Shown here: piece by piece, positions 39,631 to 48,974 of the stretch
Layout: every line of letters starts with the position of its first letter
How positions within the stretch are numbered: position 1 is the stretch's first letter
Source of the DNA: Clostridia bacterium
GTDB lineage: Bacteria > Bacillota > Clostridia > Oscillospirales > CAG-272
DNA: 64,000 nucleotides
Reading direction: 5' to 3'
NCBI GenBank assembly: GCA_017453255.1
Contig: JAFTKN010000027.1
Span: 4,246 to 68,245, forward strand
Translations under genes and position numbers: made by a program
The notes under the pieces: generated by a model
Database searches by the model: none
What the model saw: only the letters and a program-made list of their open reading frames with translations
What the model was told of the DNA's origin: nothing

Positions 39631-39647
39631 GAAAGGCGGTTTTAATA

Positions 39648-39761
39648 ATGAAAGTAAAGCCTTCCGTAAAGAAAATCTGTGATAAGTGCAAGATTATAAA
39701 GAGAAAGGGTACCGTAATGGTAATTTGCGAGAACCCTAAGCACAAACAGAGACAGGGCTAA
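39648..39761 (+). CDS. rpmJ: 50S ribosomal protein L36 (not in ORF track)
   Basis: Translated by hand: [37 protein letters not shown]. Confidence 0.97.
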   Translation: MKVKPSVKKICDKCKIIKRKGTVMVICENPKHKQRQG

Positions 39762-39799
39762 TTCAAACCAAACCAAAAATTTAATGAGGTGAAAAACTA

Positions 39800-40168
39800 A
39801 TGGCTCGTATAGCTGGTGTTGATATTCCGAACGCAAAGCGTGTTGAAATTGCTTTAACATATATTTACGGTATCGGATTAAAGAGCGCACAGGACATTCT
39901 TGCTAAGACAGGAATCAACCCTGATACACGCGCTAAAGATTTGACAGAAGATGAAATCGCGAAGCTTCGTGATGAAATCGAAACAAATTATCACGTTGAG
40001 GGTGAGCTTCGTAGAGAGGTAGCTCTTAACATTAAGCGTCTAGTTGAAATCAACTGCTATCGTGGAACTAGACATAGAAAAGGTCTTCCAGTAAGAGGAC
40101 AAAGAACAAAGACAAATGCAAGAACTCGTAAGGGTCCTGCAAAGACGATAGCTAACAAGAAGAAATAA
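39800..40168 (+). CDS. rpsM: 30S ribosomal protein S13
   Basis: [22 protein letters not shown]. Confidence 0.99.
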   Translation: MARIAGVDIPNAKRVEIALTYIYGIGLKSAQDILAKTGINPDTRAKDLTEDEIAKLRDEIETNYHVEGELRREVALNIKRLVEINCYRGTRHRKGLPVRGQRTKTNARTRKGPAKTIANKKK

Positions 40169-40181
40169 GGAGTGTAGCGAA

Positions 40182-40571
40182 ATGGCTGAAAAGAGAGTAA
40201 CAAGAAAACGCCGTGAGCGCAAGAATATTGAAAAGGGTGCAGCACACATCAGCTCAACCTTTAACAATACTATTGTAACAATCACAGACGTTTACGGAAA
40301 CGCAATTTCATGGGCATCTGCTGGTGAACTTGGTTACAAGGGTTCAAGAAAATCCACACCATTTGCTGCACAGATGGCTGCAGAGGCTGCTGCTAAGGCT
40401 GCAATGGAGCATGGTATGAAGACAGTTGAGGTTTACGTTAAGGGACCTGGTCAAGGTCGTGAGAGCGCAATTCGTGCACTTTCCACAGCAGGACTTCAGG
40501 TTACAATGATTAAAGACGTAACTCCAATTCCTCACAATGGTTGCAGACCACCAAAGCGCAGACGCGTATAA
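40182..40571 (+). CDS. rpsK: 30S ribosomal protein S11
   Basis: [22 protein letters not shown]. Confidence 0.99.
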   Translation: MAEKRVTRKRRERKNIEKGAAHISSTFNNTIVTITDVYGNAISWASAGELGYKGSRKSTPFAAQMAAEAAAKAAMEHGMKTVEVYVKGPGQGRESAIRALSTAGLQVTMIKDVTPIPHNGCRPPKRRRV

Positions 40572-40593
40572 TTCTAATAGGAGGAATAACAAA

Positions 40594-41241
40594 ATGGCAA
40601 GATATACAGGACCTTCATGCAAGCTTTGTCGTAGAGAAGGTGTAAAGCTTTACCTTAAGGGTGAAAGATGCACATCAGACAAGTGCGCATTTAATAGAAG
40701 AAAGAGAACTGAAGGCAAGTCTGAAGTTATCTCAGCTCCCGGACAGCACGGTGCAGCTCGTAAGAAGCTCACTGAGTACGGAATGCAGCTTCGTGAAAAG
40801 CAGAAGGCAAAAAGATATTATGGCGTTCTTGAAAAGCAATTCAAGAGCTACTACACAAAGGCTGATAACCAAGAGGGTATCGCAGGTGAGAACCTTCTCC
40901 GCCTTCTTGAAAGAAGACTTGATAATGTAGTATATAGAATGGGCCTTGCAAATAGCCATAAGGAAGCTCGTCAATTAGTGCTTCATGGTCACTTTACATT
41001 AAATGGCCACAAGGCAAACATTCCATCTATCCTTGTTAAGGTTGGTGACGTTGTTGCAGTAAAGGAAACTGACTCAACAAAGATCAAGGGTCTTATCGAG
41101 GCTATGGGTGACAGGGTTGCTCCAAAATGGCTTGAGGTTGATACAAATGCAGGTGTGGCTAAGGTTGTAGCTATGCCAGAGCGTGACGATATCGACTTCG
41201 CAATCAATGAGCAGCTCATTATCGAACTTTACTCGAAATAA
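40594..41241 (+). CDS. rpsD: 30S ribosomal protein S4 (Zn-binding type)
   Basis: [27 protein letters not shown]; AGGAGG RBS gives start 40594. Confidence 0.99.
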   Translation: MARYTGPSCKLCRREGVKLYLKGERCTSDKCAFNRRKRTEGKSEVISAPGQHGAARKKLTEYGMQLREKQKAKRYYGVLEKQFKSYYTKADNQEGIAGENLLRLLERRLDNVVYRMGLANSHKEARQLVLHGHFTLNGHKANIPSILVKVGDVVAVKETDSTKIKGLIEAMGDRVAPKWLEVDTNAGVAKVVAMPERDDIDFAINEQLIIELYSK

Positions 41242-41424
41242 TAACTCTTTGTCGGCTGTACTCCTCTGCGAATTTTGCAGGGGGTATAGGTCGCATAACG
41301 ACTTTGGGTATTGTCCGACATCAATGTTATGTAACACAGTATTAGTATTAATGCTAATCGAAACCGCTTCCCAAAAGGGAAAATGTCCAATTGCATAAAT
41401 TGAATTTTAGGAGGGTTATTAATT

Positions 41425-42396
41425 ATGATGATAGAAATCGAAAAGCCGAACATTACAATTGTTGGTGAAAGCGAGGACGGTAAGAAGGGTAAATTCGTTA
41501 TCGAGCCTCTTGAGAGAGGCTTTGGTACAACACTTGGAAACTCACTTAGAAGAGTGCTTATTAGCTCACTTCCAGGCTACGCAGTTAGTGCTATCAAGAT
41601 TGATGGTGTTTTACACGAGATTTCAAGCCTTGAGGGTGTAACTGAGGATATTACTGAGATTGTACTTAATGTTAAGAGCATTGTTGCAAAGATTCGTTCA
41701 AACGATTCTGTAAAGACAGCTTACATTGATAAGGTTGGTCCTTGCGTAGTTACAGCAGGTGACATTAACTATGATGACGAATTAGAAATTCTTAATCCAG
41801 AGCTTCCAATCGCCACACTTAGCGAGGGTACTCGTTTCTATATGGAGCTTATTATTGAGCGTGGACGTGGTTATGTTTCACAGGAAAAGAACAAGAATGA
41901 CCACTTGAAGTCAAATATTGCAGTGCCAATCGGTACTATCTTTGTTGACTCAATCTACACACCTGTTTATAATGTAAGCTACAATGTAGAAAATACAAGA
42001 GTAGGAAGCATTGCCGACTATGATAAATTGACAGTAGAAGTAGAGACAGACGGCACCATTAGGGCAACAGATGCAATTTCACTTGCAGCCAAGGTACTCA
42101 ACGATCATTTCACCTTGTTTGTAGATCTCTCAGACGAGGCAAGAAACGCTGAAACAATGGTTGAGCGTGAGGAAACTAAGAAAGAAAAATATCTTGAAAT
42201 GACTATTGAGGAGCTTGACTTGTCTGTACGTAGCTTCAATTGCTTGAAGCGTGCAGGCATTGATACCGTTGAAGACCTAATCAATCGTACAGAGGACGAT
42301 ATGATTAAGTTTAAGAACCTCGGTAAGAAATCCCTCGATGAGGTTAAAAACAAACTTGACTCCCTCGGTCTTTCACTCCGTAAGGAAGAGGACTAA
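41425..42396 (+). CDS. rpoA: RNA polymerase alpha subunit
   Basis: [28 protein letters not shown]. Confidence 0.99.
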   Translation: MMIEIEKPNITIVGESEDGKKGKFVIEPLERGFGTTLGNSLRRVLISSLPGYAVSAIKIDGVLHEISSLEGVTEDITEIVLNVKSIVAKIRSNDSVKTAYIDKVGPCVVTAGDINYDDELEILNPELPIATLSEGTRFYMELIIERGRGYVSQEKNKNDHLKSNIAVPIGTIFVDSIYTPVYNVSYNVENTRVGSIADYDKLTVEVETDGTIRATDAISLAAKVLNDHFTLFVDLSDEARNAETMVEREETKKEKYLEMTIEELDLSVRSFNCLKRAGIDTVEDLINRTEDDMIKFKNLGKKSLDEVKNKLDSLGLSLRKEED

Positions 42397-42449
42397 TAGG
42401 GCATTTGAGCAATCGGCTCATATAAATATCGGCAAAGGAGGACAAATCA

Positions 42450-42794
42450 ATGCCAGGAACAAGAAAACTCGGCAGAACAACAGAGCACAGAAACGCTATG
42501 CTTCGTGGAATGGTTACATTGCTTCTTGAAAAGGGCGCAATCGAAACAACTCTTTCAAGAGCTAAGGAGCTTCGTTGTGTTGCTGATAAGATGATAACAC
42601 TCGGCAAGAAGGAAACACTTGCTGCTCGTAGAGATGCTCTTGCTTACATCACAAAGGAAGATGTAGTTAAGAAGCTCTTTGACGAAATCGCACCAAAATA
42701 TGCTGATAGAGTAGGTGGATATACACAGATTTATAAGCTCGGTCCAAGACGTGGCGACGCTGCTGAAATGGCTCTTATAAAGCTTGCTGACTAA
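42450..42794 (+). CDS. rplQ: 50S ribosomal protein L17
   Basis: [18 protein letters not shown]. Confidence 0.99.
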   Translation: MPGTRKLGRTTEHRNAMLRGMVTLLLEKGAIETTLSRAKELRCVADKMITLGKKETLAARRDALAYITKEDVVKKLFDEIAPKYADRVGGYTQIYKLGPRRGDAAEMALIKLAD

Positions 42795-42808
42795 TTGTCA
42801 AACATAAT

Positions 42809-42838
42809 AAAAAAGAAGTGGAAAACCACTTCTTTTTT
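42809..42838. terminator. Terminator of the r-protein superoperon (bidirectional)
   Basis: AAAAAAGAAGTGG-aaaa-CCACTTCTTTTTT. Confidence 0.85.
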
Positions 42839-43221
42839 TATTTATCAGTTTTTTCAGAGCTATGCTCGTTTTCGTTTTCGTTTTTAGGTGTATCGCTGTC
42901 ATTATCCTTTTTCTTGTGGAAGCACGGGTGACAAAAGCTTGTTCTTTTACAATGTGGACACTTAAAAAGACGAGAGCCACAAAAATGAACAGTCCAAAGC
43001 AGATTATACCATTTTGTCGGCTTAAATTCCTTTTCACACTTAGGACAAATATAGGTTCTTTTAAAAATAAAGTAGCCAGAAATAATTAGAATAATAATTA
43101 CAAATAGAGTGACAGGAATTGCAATATAATACCAAGGCACGTCATATCTTTCGTTTCCCCAGCTTACCTCACAGGATGTAAGAGTAAGCATAAGTAATGC
43201 TAATGTAATTAATATTTTCAT
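42838..43221 (-). CDS. Small membrane protein with lipobox-like N-terminus and Zn-ribbon
   Basis: GGGAGTGA RBS; MKILITLALLMLTLTSC, one TM, CPKC...CPHC. Confidence 0.7.
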   Translation of the reverse strand: MKILITLALLMLTLTSCEVSWGNERYDVPWYYIAIPVTLFVIIILIISGYFIFKRTYICPKCEKEFKPTKWYNLLWTVHFCGSRLFKCPHCKRTSFCHPCFHKKKDNDSDTPKNENENEHSSEKTDK

Positions 43222-43440
43222 AAGTATCACTCCCTTCATAATTATTATATCACACAGTAAAATTCAGTTCAATGATTTTGATAAAAAAATTAATAATATA
43301 GTTTTTTAAAAACATATGAACATATTAGCATATTATAATGTAATTAAAATAATACAGAATTCTGCCTTTTTGTGTTGATATATAGTCAAAAATATGGTAA
43401 ATTATAGATAAGATTAAGACTTCCCTTGTGAGGGAAGACA

Positions 43441-43828
43441 TTAAAAGTAACAAAACAGAAAATAGATTTCTCGACTACGCTCGAAATGACAGGGTTGGTG
43501 CGTGGCTTTTCGCCTGTGCTCGGAATGACAGGGTTGGTGCGAGATTTTTCGCCTGTGCTCGAAATGATAGGGTTAGTGCGAGATTTCATCAATTTGTCAT
43601 CTCGACCGAGCTTGCGAGTGGAGAGATCTATTAAAAAGTAACTAATTAGAAAAATAGATTTCTCGACTACGCTCGAAATGACAGGGTAGGTGCGTGGCTT
43701 TTTGTATGTGCTCGAAATGACAGGGTTAGTGCGAGATTTTTCGCCTGTGCTCGAAATGACAGGGTTGGCGCGAGATTTTCATCAATTTGTCATCTCGACC
43801 GAGCTTGCGAGTGGAGAGATCTATTAAA
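43441..43828. repeat. REP-like (TGTC-tagged) cluster: two ~192-bp units, each with 39-bp sub-repeats
   Basis: TAGATTTCTCGACTACGCTCGAAATGACA at 43463 and 43655; CTCG(A/G)AATGA at 43480, 43519, 43558; TGTCATCTCGACCGAGCTTGCGAGTGGAGAGATCT twice. Confidence 0.9.
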
Positions 43829-43856
43829 TTTAATCTAAATTAAAGAGGTTATATTT

Positions 43857-45869
43857 ATGGCAAAATGGATTTGGCATCCTGGTAGCTTTGAGCTTTATCA
43901 CAGTATGCTTTTACATAACAGAAGAACGAGAACAAGAAGATATAAAAAGGACACCCCATCTGACCGACAAGGTCAGACAAGGTCACTATATTACCCTCCA
44001 ATGTGGCGAGTAGATGGGCCAAGCCACAATGCTTGCCTTGAAAAAACTGCCGAAATTTTTGAGCCTGAGGTGGTTGAGCTATTTTCTAATACAAAATGTG
44101 CTTCAATCATAGTCGATGGTATGTACTATAATGTAGGCACTAAAATTAAGCTAAACGAGGGTAAGCACACGGTTCGAGTTGAGGGCTTCAAGGCTGAAAG
44201 CTTTCCTGCCTTTTACGTAACTGGTAACGTCTTTGCATCAAGCAGAGATTATAAGGTGGTTTCCCACGACGAGAAAAATGGTGTTAGCGCAGGAGAAAGT
44301 GAGCTATACACCAAGCAAAGCGACAATGTAGAGGTATTTAAGTTTTCTTATAAAAGGGTTGAGCCTACTAATGTTACTAAGTTAAACGGTGGCGTGCTTT
44401 ACGATTTTGGTAGAGAGCAGTTTGCAAAAATCAAGGTAAAAAGCAAGATTGTTGATAGCGTAACTCTCTATTTAGGCGAGTCATATGAGGAGGCAACTGA
44501 CACTGATTTTACCCACATAGTTTTAAATGCAGAGCTTAAAAATGGGTGCTATGAATCAAGCGCATCTGCCTTTCGATACATTTTTGTTCCCTGTCAAAAG
44601 GAAATAGAATTAAGTGCAAGGCTTGAATATTTACCAATTAAAAATAGAGGTAGCTTTAGGTGCGATGACCCACTAATAAACAAGCTATGGGACGTTTGTG
44701 CATACACAATGCTACTTAACTCCCGTGAGGGCTTTTTCGATGGAATAAAGCGTGATAGATGGATATGGAGTGGTGATGCGTATCAAAGCTATATAGTAAA
44801 CTATTACCTCGGCTTTGACAAGGATATTGTTAAACGAACAATCAGAGCATTAAGAGGCGCTGACCCTATTAAAAAGCATATAAACACAATAACCGACTAC
44901 ACATTTTTCTGGCTGATTTCCATTTGGGATTATTACTTCTATACAGGTGATAAGGACTTTTTAGAGGATATTTACGTTGATATAAAGGCAGTTTTAACCT
45001 TTATTGAGGGTAGGCTCTCAAGTGACGGAATGTTTGAAAGAAAGCCAGATGATTGGGTGTTTATGGACTGGTCCACCTTTGATAGCGACGGACCTATTTG
45101 TGCAGAGCAAATGGTTCTTGCAAAGGCGTATGAAAGCGTATCAAAAATTGCCGAGCTTTTAGGGGATAACGACCTTTCAGATAGAACAAGAAAGCAAAGC
45201 GAGTATATTGTTAAGCAGGTAAATAAGCTATACTGGTCTAAGGAAAAGGGTGCTTTTGTTGACTCCTACAGGTCAGGGAAAGAAAATGTAACAAGGCACG
45301 CAAATATTCTTGCAATTTTGTTTGGCTATACCTCTAAGATTAGAGAAAAAAGCATAATCAAAAACGTAATCTATAACGATAAAATTACACCAATTACAAC
45401 CCCATATTTTGAATTTTACGAGCTTGATTCAATGTGTAAAATAGGCGATACTGAATATATGACAGATATGCTAAATAGCTACTGGGGAAAGATGCTTAGC
45501 TTAGGTGCAACTACCATTTGGGAGGAGTTTGACCCAACAAAAAATGGAATAGAGCACTACGAAATGTATGGTGGAAAATATGAAAAGAGCCTCTGTCACG
45601 CTTGGGGTGCGTCGCCCATATATCTTTTAGGAAAATATGCCCTTGGTGTAAGACCAACAAAGGCAGGCTATGAGGAATATGAGGTAAGACCCCAAAAAAT
45701 GGCTTTTGGTAGCTTTGAGGGTAGGGTTCCAACTCCAAAGGGAGAAATTTATGTTAAATTTAGCGACACAGGGTGCGAGGTTTTGTCCCCACTCGATAAC
45801 GGAACGCTCATTATAAAGGGCAAGGAATATAAAATTCCAAGGAACCAAAGACTAAAGATAAAATTCTAA
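43857..45869 (+). CDS. Alpha-L-rhamnosidase-like glycoside hydrolase (GH78)
   Basis: DGIKRDRWIWSGD, GATTIWE, SLCHAWG, VPTPKG. Confidence 0.9.
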   Translation: MAKWIWHPGSFELYHSMLLHNRRTRTRRYKKDTPSDRQGQTRSLYYPPMWRVDGPSHNACLEKTAEIFEPEVVELFSNTKCASIIVDGMYYNVGTKIKLNEGKHTVRVEGFKAESFPAFYVTGNVFASSRDYKVVSHDEKNGVSAGESELYTKQSDNVEVFKFSYKRVEPTNVTKLNGGVLYDFGREQFAKIKVKSKIVDSVTLYLGESYEEATDTDFTHIVLNAELKNGCYESSASAFRYIFVPCQKEIELSARLEYLPIKNRGSFRCDDPLINKLWDVCAYTMLLNSREGFFDGIKRDRWIWSGDAYQSYIVNYYLGFDKDIVKRTIRALRGADPIKKHINTITDYTFFWLISIWDYYFYTGDKDFLEDIYVDIKAVLTFIEGRLSSDGMFERKPDDWVFMDWSTFDSDGPICAEQMVLAKAYESVSKIAELLGDNDLSDRTRKQSEYIVKQVNKLYWSKEKGAFVDSYRSGKENVTRHANILAILFGYTSKIREKSIIKNVIYNDKITPITTPYFEFYELDSMCKIGDTEYMTDMLNSYWGKMLSLGATTIWEEFDPTKNGIEHYEMYGGKYEKSLCHAWGASPIYLLGKYALGVRPTKAGYEEYEVRPQKMAFGSFEGRVPTPKGEIYVKFSDTGCEVLSPLDNGTLIIKGKEYKIPRNQRLKIKF

Positions 45870-45871
45870 CA

Positions 45872-45906
45872 AAAAAGGGCACAAAATGTAAAATTGTGCC
45901 CTTTTT
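45872..45906 (+). terminator. Intrinsic terminator
   Basis: AAAAAGGGCACAA/TTGTGCCCTTTTT. Confidence 0.8.
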
Positions 45907-45960
45907 GCCTAACCACGTGTCTGTGCTTTGAGCAATCCGAAAAATTTCATGCACACAAGA

Positions 45961-46338
45961 TGTCATTTTGAGCGTAGTCGAGAACATACTGCCAACCGTT
46001 GTCATTTCAAGCACAGGCGAAAAATCTTGCACCAACCCTGTCATTTCGAGCGTAGCCGAGAAATCTATTTTTTGTCAACTAACTTCTAAAGCCTTCCCCA
46101 GCTGGGGAAGGGGGACCACCTTTGGTGGTGGATGAGGTGTAAAAAACTTACGTTTTAATAGATCTCTCCACTCGCAAGCTCGGTCGAGATGACAGAGGGG
46201 GGGAAGACACGCACCTAACATTGTCATTTCGAGCGTAGTCGAGAAATCTATTTTTCTAATTAGTTACTTTTTAATAGATCTCTCCACTTACGTTGTTCGG
46301 TCGAGATGACAATTTGGTGCTTTTGGTCGAGATGACAA
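45961..46338. repeat. Second REP-like cluster, inverted relative to 43441-43828, plus a different GC-rich palindromic unit
   Basis: TGTCATTTCGAGCGTAGTCGAGAAATCT copies; 46222-46288 is the exact reverse complement of 43617-43683; CCTTCCCCAGCTGGGGAAGG...GGATGAGG at 46092-46137. Confidence 0.88.
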
Positions 46339-46369
46339 AGTTGCAACGGTTGCTTTGTGTTAAAAAACA

Positions 46370-46395
46370 AAAAAGACGACAAAATGTCGTCTTTT
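46370..46395 (-). terminator. pfkA terminator
   Basis: AAAAGACGACA-aaa-TGTCGTCTTTT. Confidence 0.75.
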
Positions 46396-46406
46396 CAATT
46401 TGCGTT

Positions 46407-47474
46407 TTAGCAAGAAACTCCGTTTACAACCTCATACATATCAGTAAAGTACTTACGGCGCTCAGCACAAATAGCTTCCATTTCCTTGATTTGCTCAGGT
46501 GTGAATTTATCAAGGTCGCCGTCCTTTAATTTGCCCTTATACATTCTGTCAAGAATTAAAGCAAACTTAATTTCCATAGGAACAATCTCGTCGTGTCTTG
46601 AGCAGATAACAACATCGCTAACACCATCTAAAAGCAACTGAACAGCCTTATAGCCACTCTTTGAAGCGAAGTTTCTATCAGCAAGAGTAGGAATACCACC
46701 TCTTACAATGTGAGCAGGACGAACAAATCTTGCCTCAATTCCTGTATTGTCCTCAATTTCCTTAACAAGTCCTTCACTAAATTCAGCACCAAGACCCTCA
46801 GCAACAACTACAATAAAGCTTCTTTGTCCGTTAGCCCTTGCCTCGTTCATCTTTTTAAAGAGGTTAGCCTTATCAAAAGGAATTTCATTTATAGCAACAC
46901 CAATAGCGTTTAAAGCAAGACCAGTTTCGATAGCGATATAGCCAGCATGCCTACCCATAACCTCTATAACCATACAACGAGCATGGCTCTCACTTGTATC
47001 TCTTAGCCTGTCACCAATGGCAAGAACTGTATTCATAGCTGTATCATATCCAACAGTAATATCAGTTGCAGTAATATCGTTATCAATAGTACCACTAACA
47101 CCGATACAAGGAATACCTCTGATGCTTAAATCAGTAGCACCTCTGAATGTACCATCACCACCGATAGCAACAATACCGTCAATGTTGTGCTTCTTACAGG
47201 TAGCAATAGCCTTTTGCATACCAGCCTCATATTTAAACTCATCACAACGGTCAGAGTAGAGCATAGTACCACCCTTTGAAGCAATATCGGCAACGTCGAT
47301 TTTATTTAAAGGACGAATTTTATCATTAATAAGTCCTGAATAACCACCTAAAATACCAACAACGCTAACACCCTTATCAATAGCGGCGCAGGTAACTGCC
47401 TTAATAGCAGCATTCATTCCAGGAGCGTCACCACCTGAGGTAAGAACTCCAATTTTTCTAAACTTCTTTTCCAT
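46407..47474 (-). CDS. pfkA: ATP-dependent 6-phosphofructokinase
   Basis: TSGGDAPGMNA, GGDGT, GTIDND, EVMGRHAG. Confidence 0.95.
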   Translation of the reverse strand: MEKKFRKIGVLTSGGDAPGMNAAIKAVTCAAIDKGVSVVGILGGYSGLINDKIRPLNKIDVADIASKGGTMLYSDRCDEFKYEAGMQKAIATCKKHNIDGIVAIGGDGTFRGATDLSIRGIPCIGVSGTIDNDITATDITVGYDTAMNTVLAIGDRLRDTSESHARCMVIEVMGRHAGYIAIETGLALNAIGVAINEIPFDKANLFKKMNEARANGQRSFIVVVAEGLGAEFSEGLVKEIEDNTGIEARFVRPAHIVRGGIPTLADRNFASKSGYKAVQLLLDGVSDVVICSRHDEIVPMEIKFALILDRMYKGKLKDGDLDKFTPEQIKEMEAICAERRKYFTDMYEVVNGVSC

Positions 47475-47538
47475 TTTAAGCTCCTTAATTAGAAAATAAA
47501 TTCAAACAAGGTAATTTTATCATAATATATATATAAAA

Positions 47539-48021
47539 TCAATACCTTTTGGTAAATTTTTTTACTAACATTTTTGCTATCTTAAGGCATACAGCCTCTC
47601 TTATTTCATTACGTGAAAGGGTATTTGGAAAGCAAAGACGAATACTGTATAGACTATTTTCAAGGAAAAAGCCACAGTAAACCGTTCCAACGGGATTTTT
47701 TTCAGTTCCACCAGTAGGGCCAGCAATACCTGTTAAGCTAATAGCAATATCACATTTTAATAGCTCCTTAAGTCCCTTAGCCATCTCGGAGGCACATTCG
47801 TAGCTAACCTCTGTATATTTATCAATGGTTTCTTTTTTTACCTTAAGCACATTTATTTTTACGTCGTTTGTGTAGGAAACAACGCCACCACATAAAACAC
47901 TCGACGCGCCACTAACATTAGCAATTTTTGAGGCAAAAAGCCCACCAGTTAATGACTCGGCAAAGCCAATAGTTAGCCCCTTTTCCTTTAAAAGTGAAAC
48001 AAGATTAGAATAAACATCCAT
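47539..48021 (-). CDS. CinA C-terminal domain / NMN deamidase family protein
   Basis: AESLTGG, GASSV, TGIAGPTGG, PVGTV; AAGGAG RBS. Confidence 0.9.
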   Translation of the reverse strand: MDVYSNLVSLLKEKGLTIGFAESLTGGLFASKIANVSGASSVLCGGVVSYTNDVKINVLKVKKETIDKYTEVSYECASEMAKGLKELLKCDIAISLTGIAGPTGGTEKNPVGTVYCGFFLENSLYSIRLCFPNTLSRNEIREAVCLKIAKMLVKKFTKRY

Positions 48022-48115
48022 AATAATTCTCCTTTTGTAAATCAAGCCATTTCAGCTCGATTTTCGTAAGACTATAATAATTTTACCACAAAGTAAAATA
48101 TTTAGCAACAAATTT

Positions 48116-48144
48116 GAATAAATAATTGCATAATGGCTAATACT
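48116..48144 (+). promoter_or_regulatory. Putative SigF promoter of spoIIR
   Basis: GAATA-N14-GGCTAATACT upstream of spoIIR, a known SigF target. Confidence 0.6.
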
Positions 48145-48174
48145 AAGCTGAAAAACAAAAAAGGAAAAGAAAAA

Positions 48175-48789
48175 ATGAGATTTATTCTAAAAATTTTAGG
48201 TAGCATAATTATTTCAGTAATAGTATTTTTAGCACTAAGTAGCTTAATACCCTCAAAAAAGGATGTGGAAATTTTTAACTCAACAATAAGACTTCATGTC
48301 CTTGCTAATTCCGATTCGGAAAATGACCAAGCATTAAAGCTAAAGGTAAGGGACAAAATACTTGAAAGGGTAGTTACCTATGAGGCAAAAAACAAAAACG
48401 AGGCACTTGAAATAATTGAGGCAAAAAAGGAAGAATTGATTGAAATAGCCGAGGACGTGGTTGAAAATGAGGGATATGACTATGATGTAAAAATAGAGGT
48501 TGGACTTGAGGACTATCCCACAAGATACTATGAGGATTTTGGCTTGCCAGCTGGAGTTTATACCTCGGTCAGAGTAATTATAGGAAGTGGCGAGGGACAA
48601 AACTGGTGGTGCGTGCTTTTTCCACCATTATGCACAAGCTCAGCTATTGAATACGACAAGGAGAGTTATATCGACGTCGGCTTAACAAAGGACCAATATT
48701 CCTTAATTACAGGGGCAAATGGCGCATATAGGGTAAAATTCAAGCTAATTGAAATGGCTTCCCAGCTTTTTGGCTTTAATTACGATTAA
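48175..48789 (+). CDS. spoIIR: Stage II sporulation protein R
   Basis: IRLHVLANSDS..DQALKLKVRD, GEGQNWWCVLFPPLC. Confidence 0.96.
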   Translation: MRFILKILGSIIISVIVFLALSSLIPSKKDVEIFNSTIRLHVLANSDSENDQALKLKVRDKILERVVTYEAKNKNEALEIIEAKKEELIEIAEDVVENEGYDYDVKIEVGLEDYPTRYYEDFGLPAGVYTSVRVIIGSGEGQNWWCVLFPPLCTSSAIEYDKESYIDVGLTKDQYSLITGANGAYRVKFKLIEMASQLFGFNYD

Positions 48790-48820
48790 AATTTTTATTC
48801 AAAATTCACCATAAAAAACA

Positions 48821-48850
48821 AAAAAGTGCAGACACGTGTCTGCATTTTTT
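48821..48850. terminator. Palindrome / probable terminator after spoIIR
   Basis: Perfect 18-bp palindrome TGCAGACACGTGTCTGCA flanked by A and T runs. Confidence 0.6.
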
Positions 48851-48974
48851 ATATTTTCAGTCTTGATTTCAGGTAAGAAATACCACAAAAAGTAAAACTT
48901 CACCAAATTTTCACTTGCAATATTAATAAAAACGTAGTACAATATATATATTATAGGGGAAAGGTTGAGATATT

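Noticed and set aside
41250-41320. tRNA-like cloverleaf
   Set aside because: Multi-branched, but no TTC-RA T-loop, D-loop GG or proper acceptor stem.
26881-42607. Many antisense and alternate-frame ORFs over r-protein genes
   Set aside because: Shadow ORFs caused by strong codon bias in highly expressed genes; no motifs or RBS.
43386-43634. ORFs with 13-aa repeats (TNPVISSTGEKSR / ARNDRVGA)
   Set aside because: By-product of a 39-bp repeat that stays open on both strands; no convincing RBS.
43441-43828. CRISPR array
   Set aside because: The sequences between repeats are themselves repeated, units are degenerate and no cas genes are present; a REP-like tandem array fits better.
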